64,000 bases of DNA from a virus. Where the stretch lies: positions 1-64,000 of IMG/VR virus record IMGVR_UViG_3300009008_002419. One strand, 5' to 3'. Under the pieces are notes generated by a model that saw nothing but the letters and a program-made list of their open reading frames with translations, ran no database searches and was not told where the DNA came from. A program made the position numbers and the translations under genes. Shown piece by piece: positions 16,681 to 26,892 of the stretch (its first letter is position 1; each line of letters opens with the position of its first letter).

Positions 16681-18437
16681 TGGACAAAATAATAGAGTAT
16701 CAATACGGAGACCATAACTCTGAAGTTGTCTCTTTAATTTCATCTCAGAATCTGCACAAAAAAGCAGAGTACTCAGATGAGTTAAAAGAGTATGTTACTT
16801 TCTTGAAAAAGAAAGTGGATAAAACGTATGCTCTAGTTAATGCTCTTTCAGCTGGTGAACACTATGGTTGTAATAGAAATGGTGATTATTTCCCTGAAGA
16901 TGTACTTCAACGATATCACAAAACGTTCGAAGCACTGGGACATGTTTATAAACACCATGTAAATAAGGACCCTAAGAGGTCTTTTGGCAAGGTTATATTT
17001 TCACACTATAACCCCAGTATGCATAGAGTAGAGCTTATAATTGAGCTTGATAATACTCGTGCTTCAGATATTATCGAACGTCTTGAGAAACAAATAGAAG
17101 ATGTTAAAGTTTCTATGGCGTGTCGAGTTCCTTACGATGTGTGCTCTATTTGTGGTCACAAAGCACGCAAGCTTTCAGAGTATTGTGACCATTTAAAAGA
17201 AAAAATGGGCCGTATGCTAAGCGATGGTCGTAGAGTGTATGCGATTAATACAATGCCCAAGTTTTTTGACATAAGTGTAGTAACAATCCCTGCAGACAGG
17301 ACCGCAGGATTTATTGCTAAAGTGGCGTCTCATACTTCAACAGTTGAAGTTGATGAGTACACCCCAAGTGCTAAGATTGCAGAAGATCTATTTAAAGAGA
17401 GTGATTTAGAGTCAACTGCTGATATTAAGAAGAAAGTGGATGCTGAGCTTAAAGCTCTGTCTCCTGATCCTCATAAACTTCTTCTTAAAACTCATGGAAA
17501 CTTAACTAAAGATAAACTAGTCAAGTTATCTGAGTACCCACTTAATGAAGTTCTTTCGACAATGATCGGCTTACGAATGATGCCGAAGAAAGATGACTTC
17601 ATGAAGTTAGCGCTTTACTCTTTAGGACACCAAGATTTTGCAGAAGATGTAGCAAACTCGGATTATACTTTTGGTGTTGAAGAAGCAATAGAACCGCAAG
17701 ACGTATCCTGTGATAACTTTAATGTTAAAATAGCAGAGTTGTTAAAAGAAGATGTTCCCCAGTTAACTCTGACAAAGCCTTTCATTATTGCAAGAGCATT
17801 TGAAAAAGTGGCGGAAACATCGGAACCTTGTCAAAAATATGGGTCTGTACTTGAAAAGTACGGATACGATAACTCTGACGAAACTCGTTCTGAGTGGCCT
17901 AAACAAAACGAAAAAAAGCCAAGCAAACTACAAGAGATTTTCTTAGGAACTGAGGAGCCCCCCAATCTCAGTCCTAGGCAAAATCCTTTAGTACCAATGG
18001 CAGTTCTTGGCGGTTTGTACACAGGTTATGCCAAGCTTTTTAAAAAAGCTTTTGATACAGGTGGATTTACTGGGTTACTAGGGAAATATCCCTGGATTGC
18101 CCCCCTGTTAATTGGCGCTGGAACAGTTGGATCATTGAAATTACAAGATCTCTATTTCAACAAAACTGCGAGTGCAGGAAAACTTTTACCCGCGATGATA
18201 TTTGCTGGATTACCAACGAGTTATTTATATGCTGGAATCCAAGAAGCAAAAGTTAGAAAAGGAAAACCTATTTCTAAACTACAAAACTTTGTAAGGAAGC
18301 ACCCATTCCTTTCAACATTAATCGCAACAGGAGCAACTGGCGCAGGTATAGGTTTAATTAAACGAGCTAGTGTAATTTCACAAATGGACGAGGGATCTAT
18401 TAATTCAATTTACGAAGACTTAATCAAGGAGAGTTAA
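16680..18437 (+). CDS. Prohead maturation protease with long C-terminal extension
   Basis: NRNGDYF, YKHH.N, GKV, VSMAC...CSIC, FFDISVV..PAD match phage prohead serine proteases; upstream of scaffolds and capsid. Confidence 0.75.
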   Translation: MDKIIEYQYGDHNSEVVSLISSQNLHKKAEYSDELKEYVTFLKKKVDKTYALVNALSAGEHYGCNRNGDYFPEDVLQRYHKTFEALGHVYKHHVNKDPKRSFGKVIFSHYNPSMHRVELIIELDNTRASDIIERLEKQIEDVKVSMACRVPYDVCSICGHKARKLSEYCDHLKEKMGRMLSDGRRVYAINTMPKFFDISVVTIPADRTAGFIAKVASHTSTVEVDEYTPSAKIAEDLFKESDLESTADIKKKVDAELKALSPDPHKLLLKTHGNLTKDKLVKLSEYPLNEVLSTMIGLRMMPKKDDFMKLALYSLGHQDFAEDVANSDYTFGVEEAIEPQDVSCDNFNVKIAELLKEDVPQLTLTKPFIIARAFEKVAETSEPCQKYGSVLEKYGYDNSDETRSEWPKQNEKKPSKLQEIFLGTEEPPNLSPRQNPLVPMAVLGGLYTGYAKLFKKAFDTGGFTGLLGKYPWIAPLLIGAGTVGSLKLQDLYFNKTASAGKLLPAMIFAGLPTSYLYAGIQEAKVRKGKPISKLQNFVRKHPFLSTLIATGATGAGIGLIKRASVISQMDEGSINSIYEDLIKES

Positions 18438-18441
18438 ACTA

Positions 18442-19104
18442 ATGGCAAGTCAAGGTATGAAACTTGATGATATTCTTGCTCGATTAGAAGCTACTGAGGA
18501 AGAGAAAACTGCAGAAGAAAAACTTGTAGATGGTCTTTCTGACGACGAAACTACTGACACAGACACCGAGGAAAGTTCCGAATCCGACGATGATGCGAAA
18601 ACAGAAGAAGACACCGATTCTGAAAAAAGCGCAGAGGCAGAGGATGAAGTTAAAGAAAAAGGAACTAAAACAGAAGATGACGAAGCTCTTTTAAAAGTTG
18701 CTGCTGACATTGAATTCCAAGGACAGCTTTTAGCCCGTAGTTTTGTAGATGAGTTGCAGAAGATTGCTGTTGGCGATGGTCCTTATACAGGTAACAGTGC
18801 CGATGCAAATAAATCTGTCAACCAGTTACCCACAGGAGATGTTCCTGAAGCAGGTAAAGTGGATGCAGTTATTGCAAAGTTACAGCAACTAACTGGTGCA
18901 ACCGAGGCAAGTCAGCCATCATTTGAGATCGCTGGAGATTCACAGCCAGCTCCCAAAAAGGTTACCGACGAAGCTCAGGGTACCGTTGCTGCAGACGCAG
19001 CTCTAGCAGTTTCTCATGCAGCCGCCCTGCCCGTATCGGCTGGCGGACAAGAAAAAACCGCTTCTGATGAGATAGTAAGTAAAATTTATGGACACTTTTT
19101 TTAA
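18442..19104 (+). CDS. Acidic scaffold-like protein 1
   Basis: Asp/Glu-rich; repeated EKxA; position in head module. Confidence 0.65.
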   Translation: MASQGMKLDDILARLEATEEEKTAEEKLVDGLSDDETTDTDTEESSESDDDAKTEEDTDSEKSAEAEDEVKEKGTKTEDDEALLKVAADIEFQGQLLARSFVDELQKIAVGDGPYTGNSADANKSVNQLPTGDVPEAGKVDAVIAKLQQLTGATEASQPSFEIAGDSQPAPKKVTDEAQGTVAADAALAVSHAAALPVSAGGQEKTASDEIVSKIYGHFF

Positions 19105-19122
19105 TGAGGAGAGAGAATAACA

Positions 19123-19704
19123 ATGGCTAGCACATATTTAGAAAGATACGAAGAGTTGAAAAATATGGAAAAGGCTGCTACTGAATCTGAAGCTCTTGAA
19201 ACTCAGAGAAAAGAAGTCATCGAAAAGTACGCCTCACTGGCTACAGACTTACTGACAGAAGAGCATGGAGAAGGTAACTTCTCTAATGAAGACATCGAAA
19301 AATTAGCAGTTTATATGATTGATCACGATATTGAAGCTGAAGAGAATATTGAAAAAGAAGCAGAAAACACTGACAGTGAAGAGGATCCTAAAGAAGTAAT
19401 TGAAAAGTATGCCGCTTTTGCTGATAATCTTTTAGCTGAAGAGTATGGTGAAGATTATGAAGAAGAGGACGTAGTTAAGTTAGCAACGCTGTTAATTGAA
19501 GACGACCTCCAGGCGGAAGAATTAGAAAAGTATGCTGAGTTTGAAGTGGCTGGACAAGTCATGGCAGCAAGTTTCTTAGACGCTCTTTCTGACACAGCGG
19601 AAGACGCTGAAGAAGAGAAGGTAGCGGAAGAAGAAGAAAAAACCGCCGCTGAAAATATTGTAGACACTATTTATGGTAATTTTTTCCCAGAAGATTCTGA
19701 GTAA
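19123..19704 (+). CDS. Acidic scaffold-like protein 2 with internal duplication
   Basis: KEVIEKYA...KLA repeated twice; nine KxA motifs. Confidence 0.65.
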   Translation: MASTYLERYEELKNMEKAATESEALETQRKEVIEKYASLATDLLTEEHGEGNFSNEDIEKLAVYMIDHDIEAEENIEKEAENTDSEEDPKEVIEKYAAFADNLLAEEYGEDYEEEDVVKLATLLIEDDLQAEELEKYAEFEVAGQVMAASFLDALSDTAEDAEEEKVAEEEEKTAAENIVDTIYGNFFPEDSE

Positions 19705-19729
19705 AAAACCTTAAAAAATTGAGATCGAA

Positions 19730-20053
19730 ATGGAAAAAAGTTTAAAACAAGAAGCTGCTGAAGCCATTCGAATCTTACGTGAAGACTTAAGCGAGCTTCA
19801 GGAAAAGATTGCTTCGATGTCTGAAGCTCGTGAACTTCTTCTTTCTTTGTACAAAGAAGGCAGTCTAACTGCGGAGGATGTATTAGAGCAGTTAGAAACA
19901 TATGAGGCTAAAGATAAAAGTGAATTAGAAGTTATTAAGAAAGCGATAGAGCTTAATGGCACGTCGAAAGAATTTGTATTCGGCCATTTAAGCGAGCGTT
20001 TTCAAGATGACGGTTCTTTAGATCCCATAACAAGAATGTTACTAGAAGATTAA
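19730..20053 (+). CDS. Small helical head-assembly protein
   Basis: Position; QEKIA motif. Confidence 0.55.
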   Translation: MEKSLKQEAAEAIRILREDLSELQEKIASMSEARELLLSLYKEGSLTAEDVLEQLETYEAKDKSELEVIKKAIELNGTSKEFVFGHLSERFQDDGSLDPITRMLLED

Positions 20054-20077
20054 CCTTACGCAAGGACGCAAAATTTT

Positions 20078-20503
20078 ATGCTTAAACTATTAAGTAGCTT
20101 AAATATCTTGCAAAGAGTTGAAGTCACTTACGATTCAACTCAATTAGAAACTGATGATCTTCGTCAGGGTTCTTGGATTACTACAGATGGTGCAGTTCCT
20201 TCCGATGGTGAAGGCGCATACCCTATCTGGACTGAGAGCAACCGTGATGCAACTTACGGTTGGACCCCTGATTATACTACAACTGGTAAACTTACTGTAT
20301 TAGTGGGCACCCACCGTGCTATCACTGATCAGTATACAGGAACTATTACAGCTGGCATGGCATTAAAAGTGGACACCACTGGTAATCTAGCTGAAGCAAC
20401 TGTAGCGGACGATCACATTGTTGCAATGTGTGAATCTGTAGAAGCCAGTTATACATATCTTGGCACAACTTATTCCGGCGTAATTACTTACGTCACCACA
20501 TAA
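20078..20503 (+). CDS. Putative capsid decoration/cement protein
   Basis: Beta-rich 141-aa protein immediately upstream of capsid; ITAGMALKVDTTGNL. Confidence 0.6.
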   Translation: MLKLLSSLNILQRVEVTYDSTQLETDDLRQGSWITTDGAVPSDGEGAYPIWTESNRDATYGWTPDYTTTGKLTVLVGTHRAITDQYTGTITAGMALKVDTTGNLAEATVADDHIVAMCESVEASYTYLGTTYSGVITYVTT

Positions 20504-20514
20504 GGAGATAACTA

Positions 20515-21441
20515 ATGGATATTTCTGCGAGCACAATTAATGAGCTCTTTGTAGAAAAGTTAAACTCTCCTGATGGCATGGAAAAAGTCGCCGCCGAGGG
20601 TTCAGCTTTCATCAGACAGAAACTACGTGAAGTTTCTTTTGCAAGAAAAATTATACAGCCTGAATACGTTACTAAAGCCGACTGCCAGCGCTCAGTCAAT
20701 CACGACGGCTTAGTAAAAATCGTGGATATCGAACCTGATTCTCAAGCCATGACTGTCAACTTCCGTGGGCAGCCTGACACTAACTACGTAATGGGCGAAA
20801 GATACGAGATTCCTTTCTTCGCTATTTCTTCTGAAGATTTCCAGAAGACTGAAGAAGAACTCCTAGCTTACGAGATGCCTCTTACGGAAGTTATCGAGAG
20901 AAACTCTGTAAAAGATATTCAGAAGATTGAAGACACATCCTTCCTGACGCAGGTTGATGCAGCTATCACTTCTAGCTCATTAACTGCTACCGCCAACTGG
21001 GGCGCTGCCACAGGTATCATCCCTAAAGCCGGTTTCTTCGATCTGTTTAACCTCTTAGATAGTAATGAGCTCAAAGCTGAGACTATGCTTATGAGCACTC
21101 CTACTTATAACAGACTCTTCCTGTATGACGCGACTACAGTCGGTGATCAGGTGGGTAGCGAAATTGCCGTTAATGGCTACACTTATCAGCAGTTCCTGGG
21201 ACGTAAGCTTATTGTTTCTAATAAGACCGATCTCTTAACCGCTAACAGTGGCGCTACTGAGTACGTTTACATCTTTGCGGGACAAGAGTTCTTAGGAAAC
21301 TTCTTCATCCTTAACGATACCAAATTCTGGATCGATAAGCAGAAGAATATTATTTCCTGGGCAGCTTATGAAACGCTGGGAATGGGTATTGGTAATATCA
21401 ATGCCTGCGGTAGACTTACACTCACAGTTGATTCTGAATAA
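20515..21441 (+). CDS. Major capsid protein (HK97-fold inferred)
   Basis: TAAGGAG RBS, biased codon use, last gene of head module, followed by strong terminator. Confidence 0.75.
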   Translation: MDISASTINELFVEKLNSPDGMEKVAAEGSAFIRQKLREVSFARKIIQPEYVTKADCQRSVNHDGLVKIVDIEPDSQAMTVNFRGQPDTNYVMGERYEIPFFAISSEDFQKTEEELLAYEMPLTEVIERNSVKDIQKIEDTSFLTQVDAAITSSSLTATANWGAATGIIPKAGFFDLFNLLDSNELKAETMLMSTPTYNRLFLYDATTVGDQVGSEIAVNGYTYQQFLGRKLIVSNKTDLLTANSGATEYVYIFAGQEFLGNFFILNDTKFWIDKQKNIISWAAYETLGMGIGNINACGRLTLTVDSE

Positions 21442-21462
21442 GTAATTACTACTTAAACTTAG

Positions 21463-21492
21463 AAGGGGAGTCCTCATGGGCTCCCCTTTTTT
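21463..21492 (+). terminator. Rho-independent terminator
   Basis: AAGGGGAGTCC-TCAT-GGGCTCCCC-TTTTTT. Confidence 0.9.
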
Positions 21493-21493
21493 C

Positions 21494-21522
21494 TTGACTA
21501 ACTTGTGATTTTTAAGTAAATT
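21494..21522 (+). promoter_or_regulatory. sigma70-type promoter
   Basis: TTGACT-N17-TAAATT. Confidence 0.55.
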
Positions 21523-21560
21523 AAAGAGACTTACTGTATACTAACCTTTCGGAGATAAAC

Positions 21561-21908
21561 ATGTCTTCAACTTTATTTTATATTGGACGTAATGATACAT
21601 TACCGTCTTTAACTCACACTATGACAGATTCTGACGGTGATTCTATAGATGTCAGTGATGCCACAGTAACATTTACCATGGTAGATTCAGAAGACATTAC
21701 AACTCAGTATGTGCTTGAACAAGCATGCACCGTGTTAAGTGGTCAATCAACAGGTCTCGTACAATATGAATGGAGTGCTGCAGATACAGCGACAGCAGGG
21801 ATTTACTTAGGACAATTTGAAGCCATTTTTAATAGTGGTGGAAAACAAACAGCGCCTTTGACCGATTCACTTGTAATAGTTGTAATGGAGGATTACGATG
21901 CCAACTAA
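21561..21908 (+). CDS. BppU N-terminal-like Ig-fold structural protein
   Basis: NDTLP.L, GLVQYEW...DT..AG.Y..QFE pattern. Confidence 0.65.
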   Translation: MSSTLFYIGRNDTLPSLTHTMTDSDGDSIDVSDATVTFTMVDSEDITTQYVLEQACTVLSGQSTGLVQYEWSAADTATAGIYLGQFEAIFNSGGKQTAPLTDSLVIVVMEDYDAN

Positions 21909-22395
21909 TATTCAGCTAATAACTGACACAGTTCCTTATCCTGACAGTCTTTATGTAGATAGATTACGAAAATTTTTAAATGATACTGTAGAACTTAATG
22001 TATTAGAGCAAGTACAAGAATGTACAGATATTGACCTATACCACTATATTCAAGATACTTTAGATGAAATTAATTACGAATTTGAGCCTGCAAGTACATA
22101 TACAATTCAATCATTCCCTTCATGGAATACTATCAAGTTTGGTGCAACTCTACAATTCTTATTTTCTAAAGGAATTCTATCTGCACGTAATACTTTAACA
22201 TATAATGATTCAGGTGGTGTTACAGTACAAGACTATGATCGTTACGGTCGTTATATGGCGTTTTATAATATGTTGGTAAATAAGTATTTACGTGGTGTTC
22301 AGTCTGTAAAGCGTGCTTCTAATATTGATTCCTGCTATGGAGGCGTTGCATCAGAGTATTCAGTGCTTCATAATGATGACTTATATGACGAGTAA
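21898..22395 (+). CDS. Putative head-tail adaptor
   Basis: Helical 165-aa protein after capsid; LRKFLND. Confidence 0.55.
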   Translation: MPTNIQLITDTVPYPDSLYVDRLRKFLNDTVELNVLEQVQECTDIDLYHYIQDTLDEINYEFEPASTYTIQSFPSWNTIKFGATLQFLFSKGILSARNTLTYNDSGGVTVQDYDRYGRYMAFYNMLVNKYLRGVQSVKRASNIDSCYGGVASEYSVLHNDDLYDE

Positions 22396-22397
22396 AT

Positions 22398-23183
22398 ATG
22401 TTAACAATATCTACTTTAAACATATCAACATACGATAAAGATAGTCTAACTATTGATTGGACTTGGGCTTCTCATGAGGAAGACGAGGACGATTACACAG
22501 TTACAGTCTATCGATCAGAAAATTTAGGTGCTTCAGGATCATTAACTAATTATACTGAAGTGGCTACTGTAGATGCAGATGAGTATACTTATGAGGATAC
22601 TGCTGTTTCTGGATTATATCATCCAGGACGTACGTGGTATTATAAGCTATTGCTAACTAATACTGAAACCTCTGCTACATCTCACCTGACTCCGACACCT
22701 CTTTATAAGTATTATGAGAGTGATGATTATGCCTATAATCGGATAGTATACTTAAAGAATCTTGTAATACAAAAGAAATCTGGTCGTACTTATTATTTAA
22801 TTAAAAGGCGTAGTTGGGGAACCAGATGTACAACGTGCTGGGACTCAACACTTATGCGTGTAACAGATCCCGATTGTACAGAGTGTCACGGCACTGGGTG
22901 GGTTGGTGGTTATTTTGATCCACTTTCTTTTAAGGCTATGATGACGCCTTCACCTAATTATAATCAAATTACAATGTTTGGTGAGTGGAGACCGTCTGAC
23001 TCATTATTAATAATGTTAAATTATCCTATTTTAACAACTAGAGATGTTTTAGTGGATGACGGGAATGTGCGTTGGGCGGTTAAAAATGTCCGGAAGGTTG
23101 AAAAGCTCGGTTATATTATTGAACAACAGGCACAGGTCACCCGTATTTCTGAAGATGATCCAGTATATGACATAGAGATATAA
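22398..23183 (+). CDS. FN3-like plus zinc-finger neck/head-closure protein
   Basis: N-terminal FN3 pattern (W, YRS, Y.D, WYYK); CTTC..CTECHGTG. Confidence 0.55.
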   Translation: MLTISTLNISTYDKDSLTIDWTWASHEEDEDDYTVTVYRSENLGASGSLTNYTEVATVDADEYTYEDTAVSGLYHPGRTWYYKLLLTNTETSATSHLTPTPLYKYYESDDYAYNRIVYLKNLVIQKKSGRTYYLIKRRSWGTRCTTCWDSTLMRVTDPDCTECHGTGWVGGYFDPLSFKAMMTPSPNYNQITMFGEWRPSDSLLIMLNYPILTTRDVLVDDGNVRWAVKNVRKVEKLGYIIEQQAQVTRISEDDPVYDIEI

Positions 23184-25336
23184 TGCGAATAATTCCAAAC
23201 CAATATTATAATCAAGATGAAGTAGATGAGCTAATTGCTGATCATACTAATACAGCAGATAAGATTACTTATTCTGGTGTAGATGTGGTTGAAACTGTTG
23301 AAGACACTTTAGATGATTATTATAATTTTAGACAAATTGTTAACGGTACTTTTAAAGAGTCTTTTGATTGTGTAGTAACAGTTAGTGGATCTTCTATTTA
23401 TGCTGAACTTGAACAATCAGGTGGAGGAGATTTAACATGTCAGTTCTCTGATGGTTATACTACACTTGATTGTACTCCTGCGCAAACAATCGAATTAACT
23501 GCCGGGACAACAACAGTTCCTCAGGATAATTATGTTTATGTATTACAAAGTACAAAAGCATTAACTGTTTCGACATCTGCGTGGCCTGATACAGAACATA
23601 TTAAAGCTGCATTTTTATGCGTTGCTGACGCTTCTTTTACAAATACATATGGTGCATTAGTAAATCAAAATTGGAACGATCATTTATATGGCACAGATAA
23701 TATGGGGCACATTACTCATATGGCAGAACGGTCTCGAAGGCTAGGAGCTGCTTGGTATAGTGGTATTACCGGTGCGGGTACTGATGATTACACTACAAGT
23801 TCTGCGGGAACTGTACACGTAAAAGTAAATTCAGGTATTCTTTATCAAATGCACAAACATACTTATACTGCAAAAGATACAAGTGTAAGTGATGTGGTTC
23901 ACATCATTAATCATGATGTTACTCCGTACACTACTGTTAGTAATTTGTATGATGTGGTAAATGATGCCTCAGGGGGAACTCTTACTAATAAATATTTTAA
24001 TATTGTTCTATGGGGCGTTGCAAACAAAACCGGGGAATACTCTCCACTTATAGTTAATTTACCAACGGGCAGTTATAATGTTCAATCTGATGCTGAAAAT
24101 GATGTTGATAGTTATGATGTTTTAGCAGTACCTACGACATATTTACAAGAATCGTCTACTGCTTTTTTAATTTGTCGAATGACTTTTAGAAAAACTGGCG
24201 GAACTTGGGATTATAAATCTACAGTAGATCTTCGTGGAACAAAACCAAGCACTGTTACAGGTGGGACTCTTGGTACTATAACTGATTTTGCAGATAATCA
24301 GTTCACTGTATTTGATGGTAATGATAACACTCGTATTATTACTCTTTCGGCTGATAATATTACAACAGGAAATACCCGTGTAATTACAATGGCAGATGAT
24401 AATGTCGATCTTGCTAATGTTCATGCTGAATCTCACACAATAGTGAGCCACTCTGATACTTCGGCTACAGGTACTGAATTAAATACACTGACTGATGGTT
24501 CTAATGCTGACAGTCTTCATATTCATGAGGCCTATCTGGAGTTAGATGGAACCGACCTAATGGCCGGGAATTTGGATATGAACTCCAACAACATTGATAA
24601 TGTGGGAATCCTCGAAACGAATGAGATTACTCGCGTCGGTGGAAACCTTATCATTGATGTAAACAGTGCCTCGACTCTTCGTTGGGTGCAAATTCGTAAT
24701 GATGGATTTAGCGGCACGGCCTCTTTGAGCGTTGAGACTGATCTTACCGTTGGCGGCGACATTTCCCTTGGCGGAACTGTAGACGGCGTGAATATTGCAT
24801 CTCACGCCTCGAATGCTGACGCGCATCATAATGAATCCCACACGGTTGTGAGTCACTCTGACACGACAGCTACGGGGGCAAATTTAAATACCTTGGTAGG
24901 GTCTGGAATAACTGGACTTCACAGTCACAAAGAGCGTCATGTGATTGACTTTGGTCAGCGTAATACGGGAGGGTCAGATTATTGGGATACTTACACCCTG
25001 GTTTCAGGTTACGCGGGATATCGCGCCACGACAGTAAACCGGGCGGGGTCGGTTGTTGAATTCTCGTTTACCTGTGATCTGAATTCCGTTACGAACCCTG
25101 GAAACTTTGAATGTGAAATCTACGCAGGAGCTCTTGGTGCCTCAGCCTCGATGATTAAGGAAGAGGTCGTTGCGATCTCTTCAACGGGTTATATTCAAGT
25201 TAGCGAGCTGTACACTCCCGGAACTTACACTTTCAATGCTGATGACATGATCGCTCTTTATGGTCGCTTGGCAGGCGGACTAACAGGCACTTGGCGCTAT
25301 GGAGTCGCTCGTATTATCATCGAATATGATACTTAG
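23183..25336 (+). CDS. Fibre/appendage structural protein
   Basis: Thr/Ser/Gly-rich; HxH motifs; internal 23-aa repeat; GTVDGV motif. Confidence 0.65.
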   Translation: MRIIPNQYYNQDEVDELIADHTNTADKITYSGVDVVETVEDTLDDYYNFRQIVNGTFKESFDCVVTVSGSSIYAELEQSGGGDLTCQFSDGYTTLDCTPAQTIELTAGTTTVPQDNYVYVLQSTKALTVSTSAWPDTEHIKAAFLCVADASFTNTYGALVNQNWNDHLYGTDNMGHITHMAERSRRLGAAWYSGITGAGTDDYTTSSAGTVHVKVNSGILYQMHKHTYTAKDTSVSDVVHIINHDVTPYTTVSNLYDVVNDASGGTLTNKYFNIVLWGVANKTGEYSPLIVNLPTGSYNVQSDAENDVDSYDVLAVPTTYLQESSTAFLICRMTFRKTGGTWDYKSTVDLRGTKPSTVTGGTLGTITDFADNQFTVFDGNDNTRIITLSADNITTGNTRVITMADDNVDLANVHAESHTIVSHSDTSATGTELNTLTDGSNADSLHIHEAYLELDGTDLMAGNLDMNSNNIDNVGILETNEITRVGGNLIIDVNSASTLRWVQIRNDGFSGTASLSVETDLTVGGDISLGGTVDGVNIASHASNADAHHNESHTVVSHSDTTATGANLNTLVGSGITGLHSHKERHVIDFGQRNTGGSDYWDTYTLVSGYAGYRATTVNRAGSVVEFSFTCDLNSVTNPGNFECEIYAGALGASASMIKEEVVAISSTGYIQVSELYTPGTYTFNADDMIALYGRLAGGLTGTWRYGVARIIIEYDT
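24422..24895 (+). repeat. Imperfect 69-bp direct repeat (24422-24490 and 24827-24895)
   Basis: HAESHTIVSHSDTSATGTELNTL versus HNESHTVVSHSDTTATGANLNTL. Confidence 0.85.
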
Positions 25337-25344
25337 GAGTAATT

Positions 25345-25686
25345 ATGGATAGAATAAAAATAACAGCGTACTTCCACGCTAAGAAGCTCGACCCAAAAAC
25401 TGACTCTGTTGATGCAAACCCATTTCCAATTACGGACTCTATCCTTAATGAGTTTGGGACTGGTACCCTTAATCTCGTGGACGCCTACTACATACACGAG
25501 GCCCAAGGGGCTTCTGGTGTCGGCGGTGAAGCGTGGATGGGTAGAGCTAAGGTGTTTACTGCTTATTGCTCTGATCAGGCAAAAGCGATAAGAGTTAAAG
25601 ATAGGATTATGGCGCTTGCTGATCCTGGAGTGTCTATTGGATTCGAAATGGTAACGGTACCAGTATTTGTATTCACAGCTAAGTGA
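25345..25686 (+). CDS. Hypothetical protein, possible fibre chaperone
   Basis: TAGGAG RBS; follows fibre gene. Confidence 0.55.
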   Translation: MDRIKITAYFHAKKLDPKTDSVDANPFPITDSILNEFGTGTLNLVDAYYIHEAQGASGVGGEAWMGRAKVFTAYCSDQAKAIRVKDRIMALADPGVSIGFEMVTVPVFVFTAK

Positions 25687-25698
25687 TTTAATTAAAAC

Positions 25699-25727
25699 TT
25701 GACAAAATCTGTAACTTAAAGTATATT
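25699..25727 (+). promoter_or_regulatory. sigma70-type promoter, probably leaderless transcript
   Basis: TTGACA-N17-TATATT-N6-ATG. Confidence 0.7.
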
Positions 25728-25733
25728 ACTAAC

Positions 25734-25901
25734 ATGAGACTTATACCCTTTCCTCCCGAAGAAGATTTGAATAGAAGAACGGAAGAACCTACCGAAGACC
25801 AAATAGTTCGGGAGGTTTTGGATAATTATAGAGATAAAGATTCTCTTCATACTTTTTTAAATAAGGATATATCTCTGACTAAACGCATAAAGGGTATCTA
25901 A
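25734..25901 (+). CDS. 55-aa hypothetical protein
   Basis: Not in ORF track; MRLIPFPPEED...KRIKGI; stop 1 nt before next ATG. Confidence 0.6.
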   Translation: MRLIPFPPEEDLNRRTEEPTEDQIVREVLDNYRDKDSLHTFLNKDISLTKRIKGI

Positions 25902-25902
25902 T

Positions 25903-26892
25903 ATGCCACGAACTTATGATTACTGGTATGGCGGAGACTCTGCTCCTGATGGAGACTGGCTAGAAACTTCAGTTTATAAACAGACGAATAATGCTGTTTT
26001 AGACATTAAAAAGATTTTTATTAGTTTTGCTCAAAAGTATTTTGAAAATCATATTCGATTTACTTGGAACTCTGATTTACGAACAACTAAATTAATTGTT
26101 GCTGATAAGAATGCTATTGAATTAGAGGTTTTAGATACAAAGCCAGGAGTTATACTATCGAGGGGTGCTCATCGTTGGGCAATGGTCGCTGGTCAAAAAG
26201 GTATTGGTGAAACTAAAAAAGATTTTATGTTTCCTGATGGTATCGAGACACTTGAAGGCGCTCTAACGGATACTGATTTATCTCGACAAGAATACAAAGA
26301 TTTAATTGAAGGTACAGTAACCTTTAATTGTATCTCCCGTAATGGCTTACAAGCTGAAGAAGTTGCGAATGAATTGTTCATGGCTTTAACAGTCTTTAAA
26401 GCTGAAATTAAAAAGCACGGAATCCATATGATTCATGGAATTACTATGGGTGAAGAAGGAATTGTTCGTTCAAATTCTGGTATTGAGTTAGAAGTAGTAC
26501 CGGTTACTTTACAATATTCTGCTCAACGAACTGTTACATCATCAATGAAAACTTATGACATGGTTGTAACTTATGATGATGAAACAATTTATGAAGGAAT
26601 TCATTATAGAGTTTCTCCTGCTGCAAGTGGTTTAGATTATGACACACTTGTATTTAGAACGATTCCACCAGATGGAACTGAAATTATTGCGACCTATGCA
26701 AACTTAATTACACTCGAACAAGTTGTGGATGATGTGTCATCGCAGGTTGATGAAGACGGCGAAAATTATGAGTTTAATTTAAGTACTCGTGCATACGGTT
26801 ATTATAAAATTGTTCGTGATATTTGGGTAACAACAGATATTTTAAATAGTGGGATTGAAGAAGAAACAGTAGTGAGTGGTATATGGCCTTAG
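25903..26892 (+). CDS. Putative tail terminator/completion protein
   Basis: Position near sheath; PGVILSRG, GTVTFNCISRN..QAEEVA. Confidence 0.5.
   Translation: MPRTYDYWYGGDSAPDGDWLETSVYKQTNNAVLDIKKIFISFAQKYFENHIRFTWNSDLRTTKLIVADKNAIELEVLDTKPGVILSRGAHRWAMVAGQKGIGETKKDFMFPDGIETLEGALTDTDLSRQEYKDLIEGTVTFNCISRNGLQAEEVANELFMALTVFKAEIKKHGIHMIHGITMGEEGIVRSNSGIELEVVPVTLQYSAQRTVTSSMKTYDMVVTYDDETIYEGIHYRVSPAASGLDYDTLVFRTIPPDGTEIIATYANLITLEQVVDDVSSQVDEDGENYEFNLSTRAYGYYKIVRDIWVTTDILNSGIEEETVVSGIWP

Noticed and set aside
24422-24895. Diversity-generating retroelement TR/VR pair
   Set aside because: Differences are not adenine-specific, both copies are in frame in one gene, and no reverse transcriptase is present
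25740-25747. Extra GGTATAAG copies at 25740-25747 and 50433-50440 (- strand)
   Set aside because: Inside coding sequence and lacking the following A; a few chance 8-mer hits are expected in AT-rich DNA
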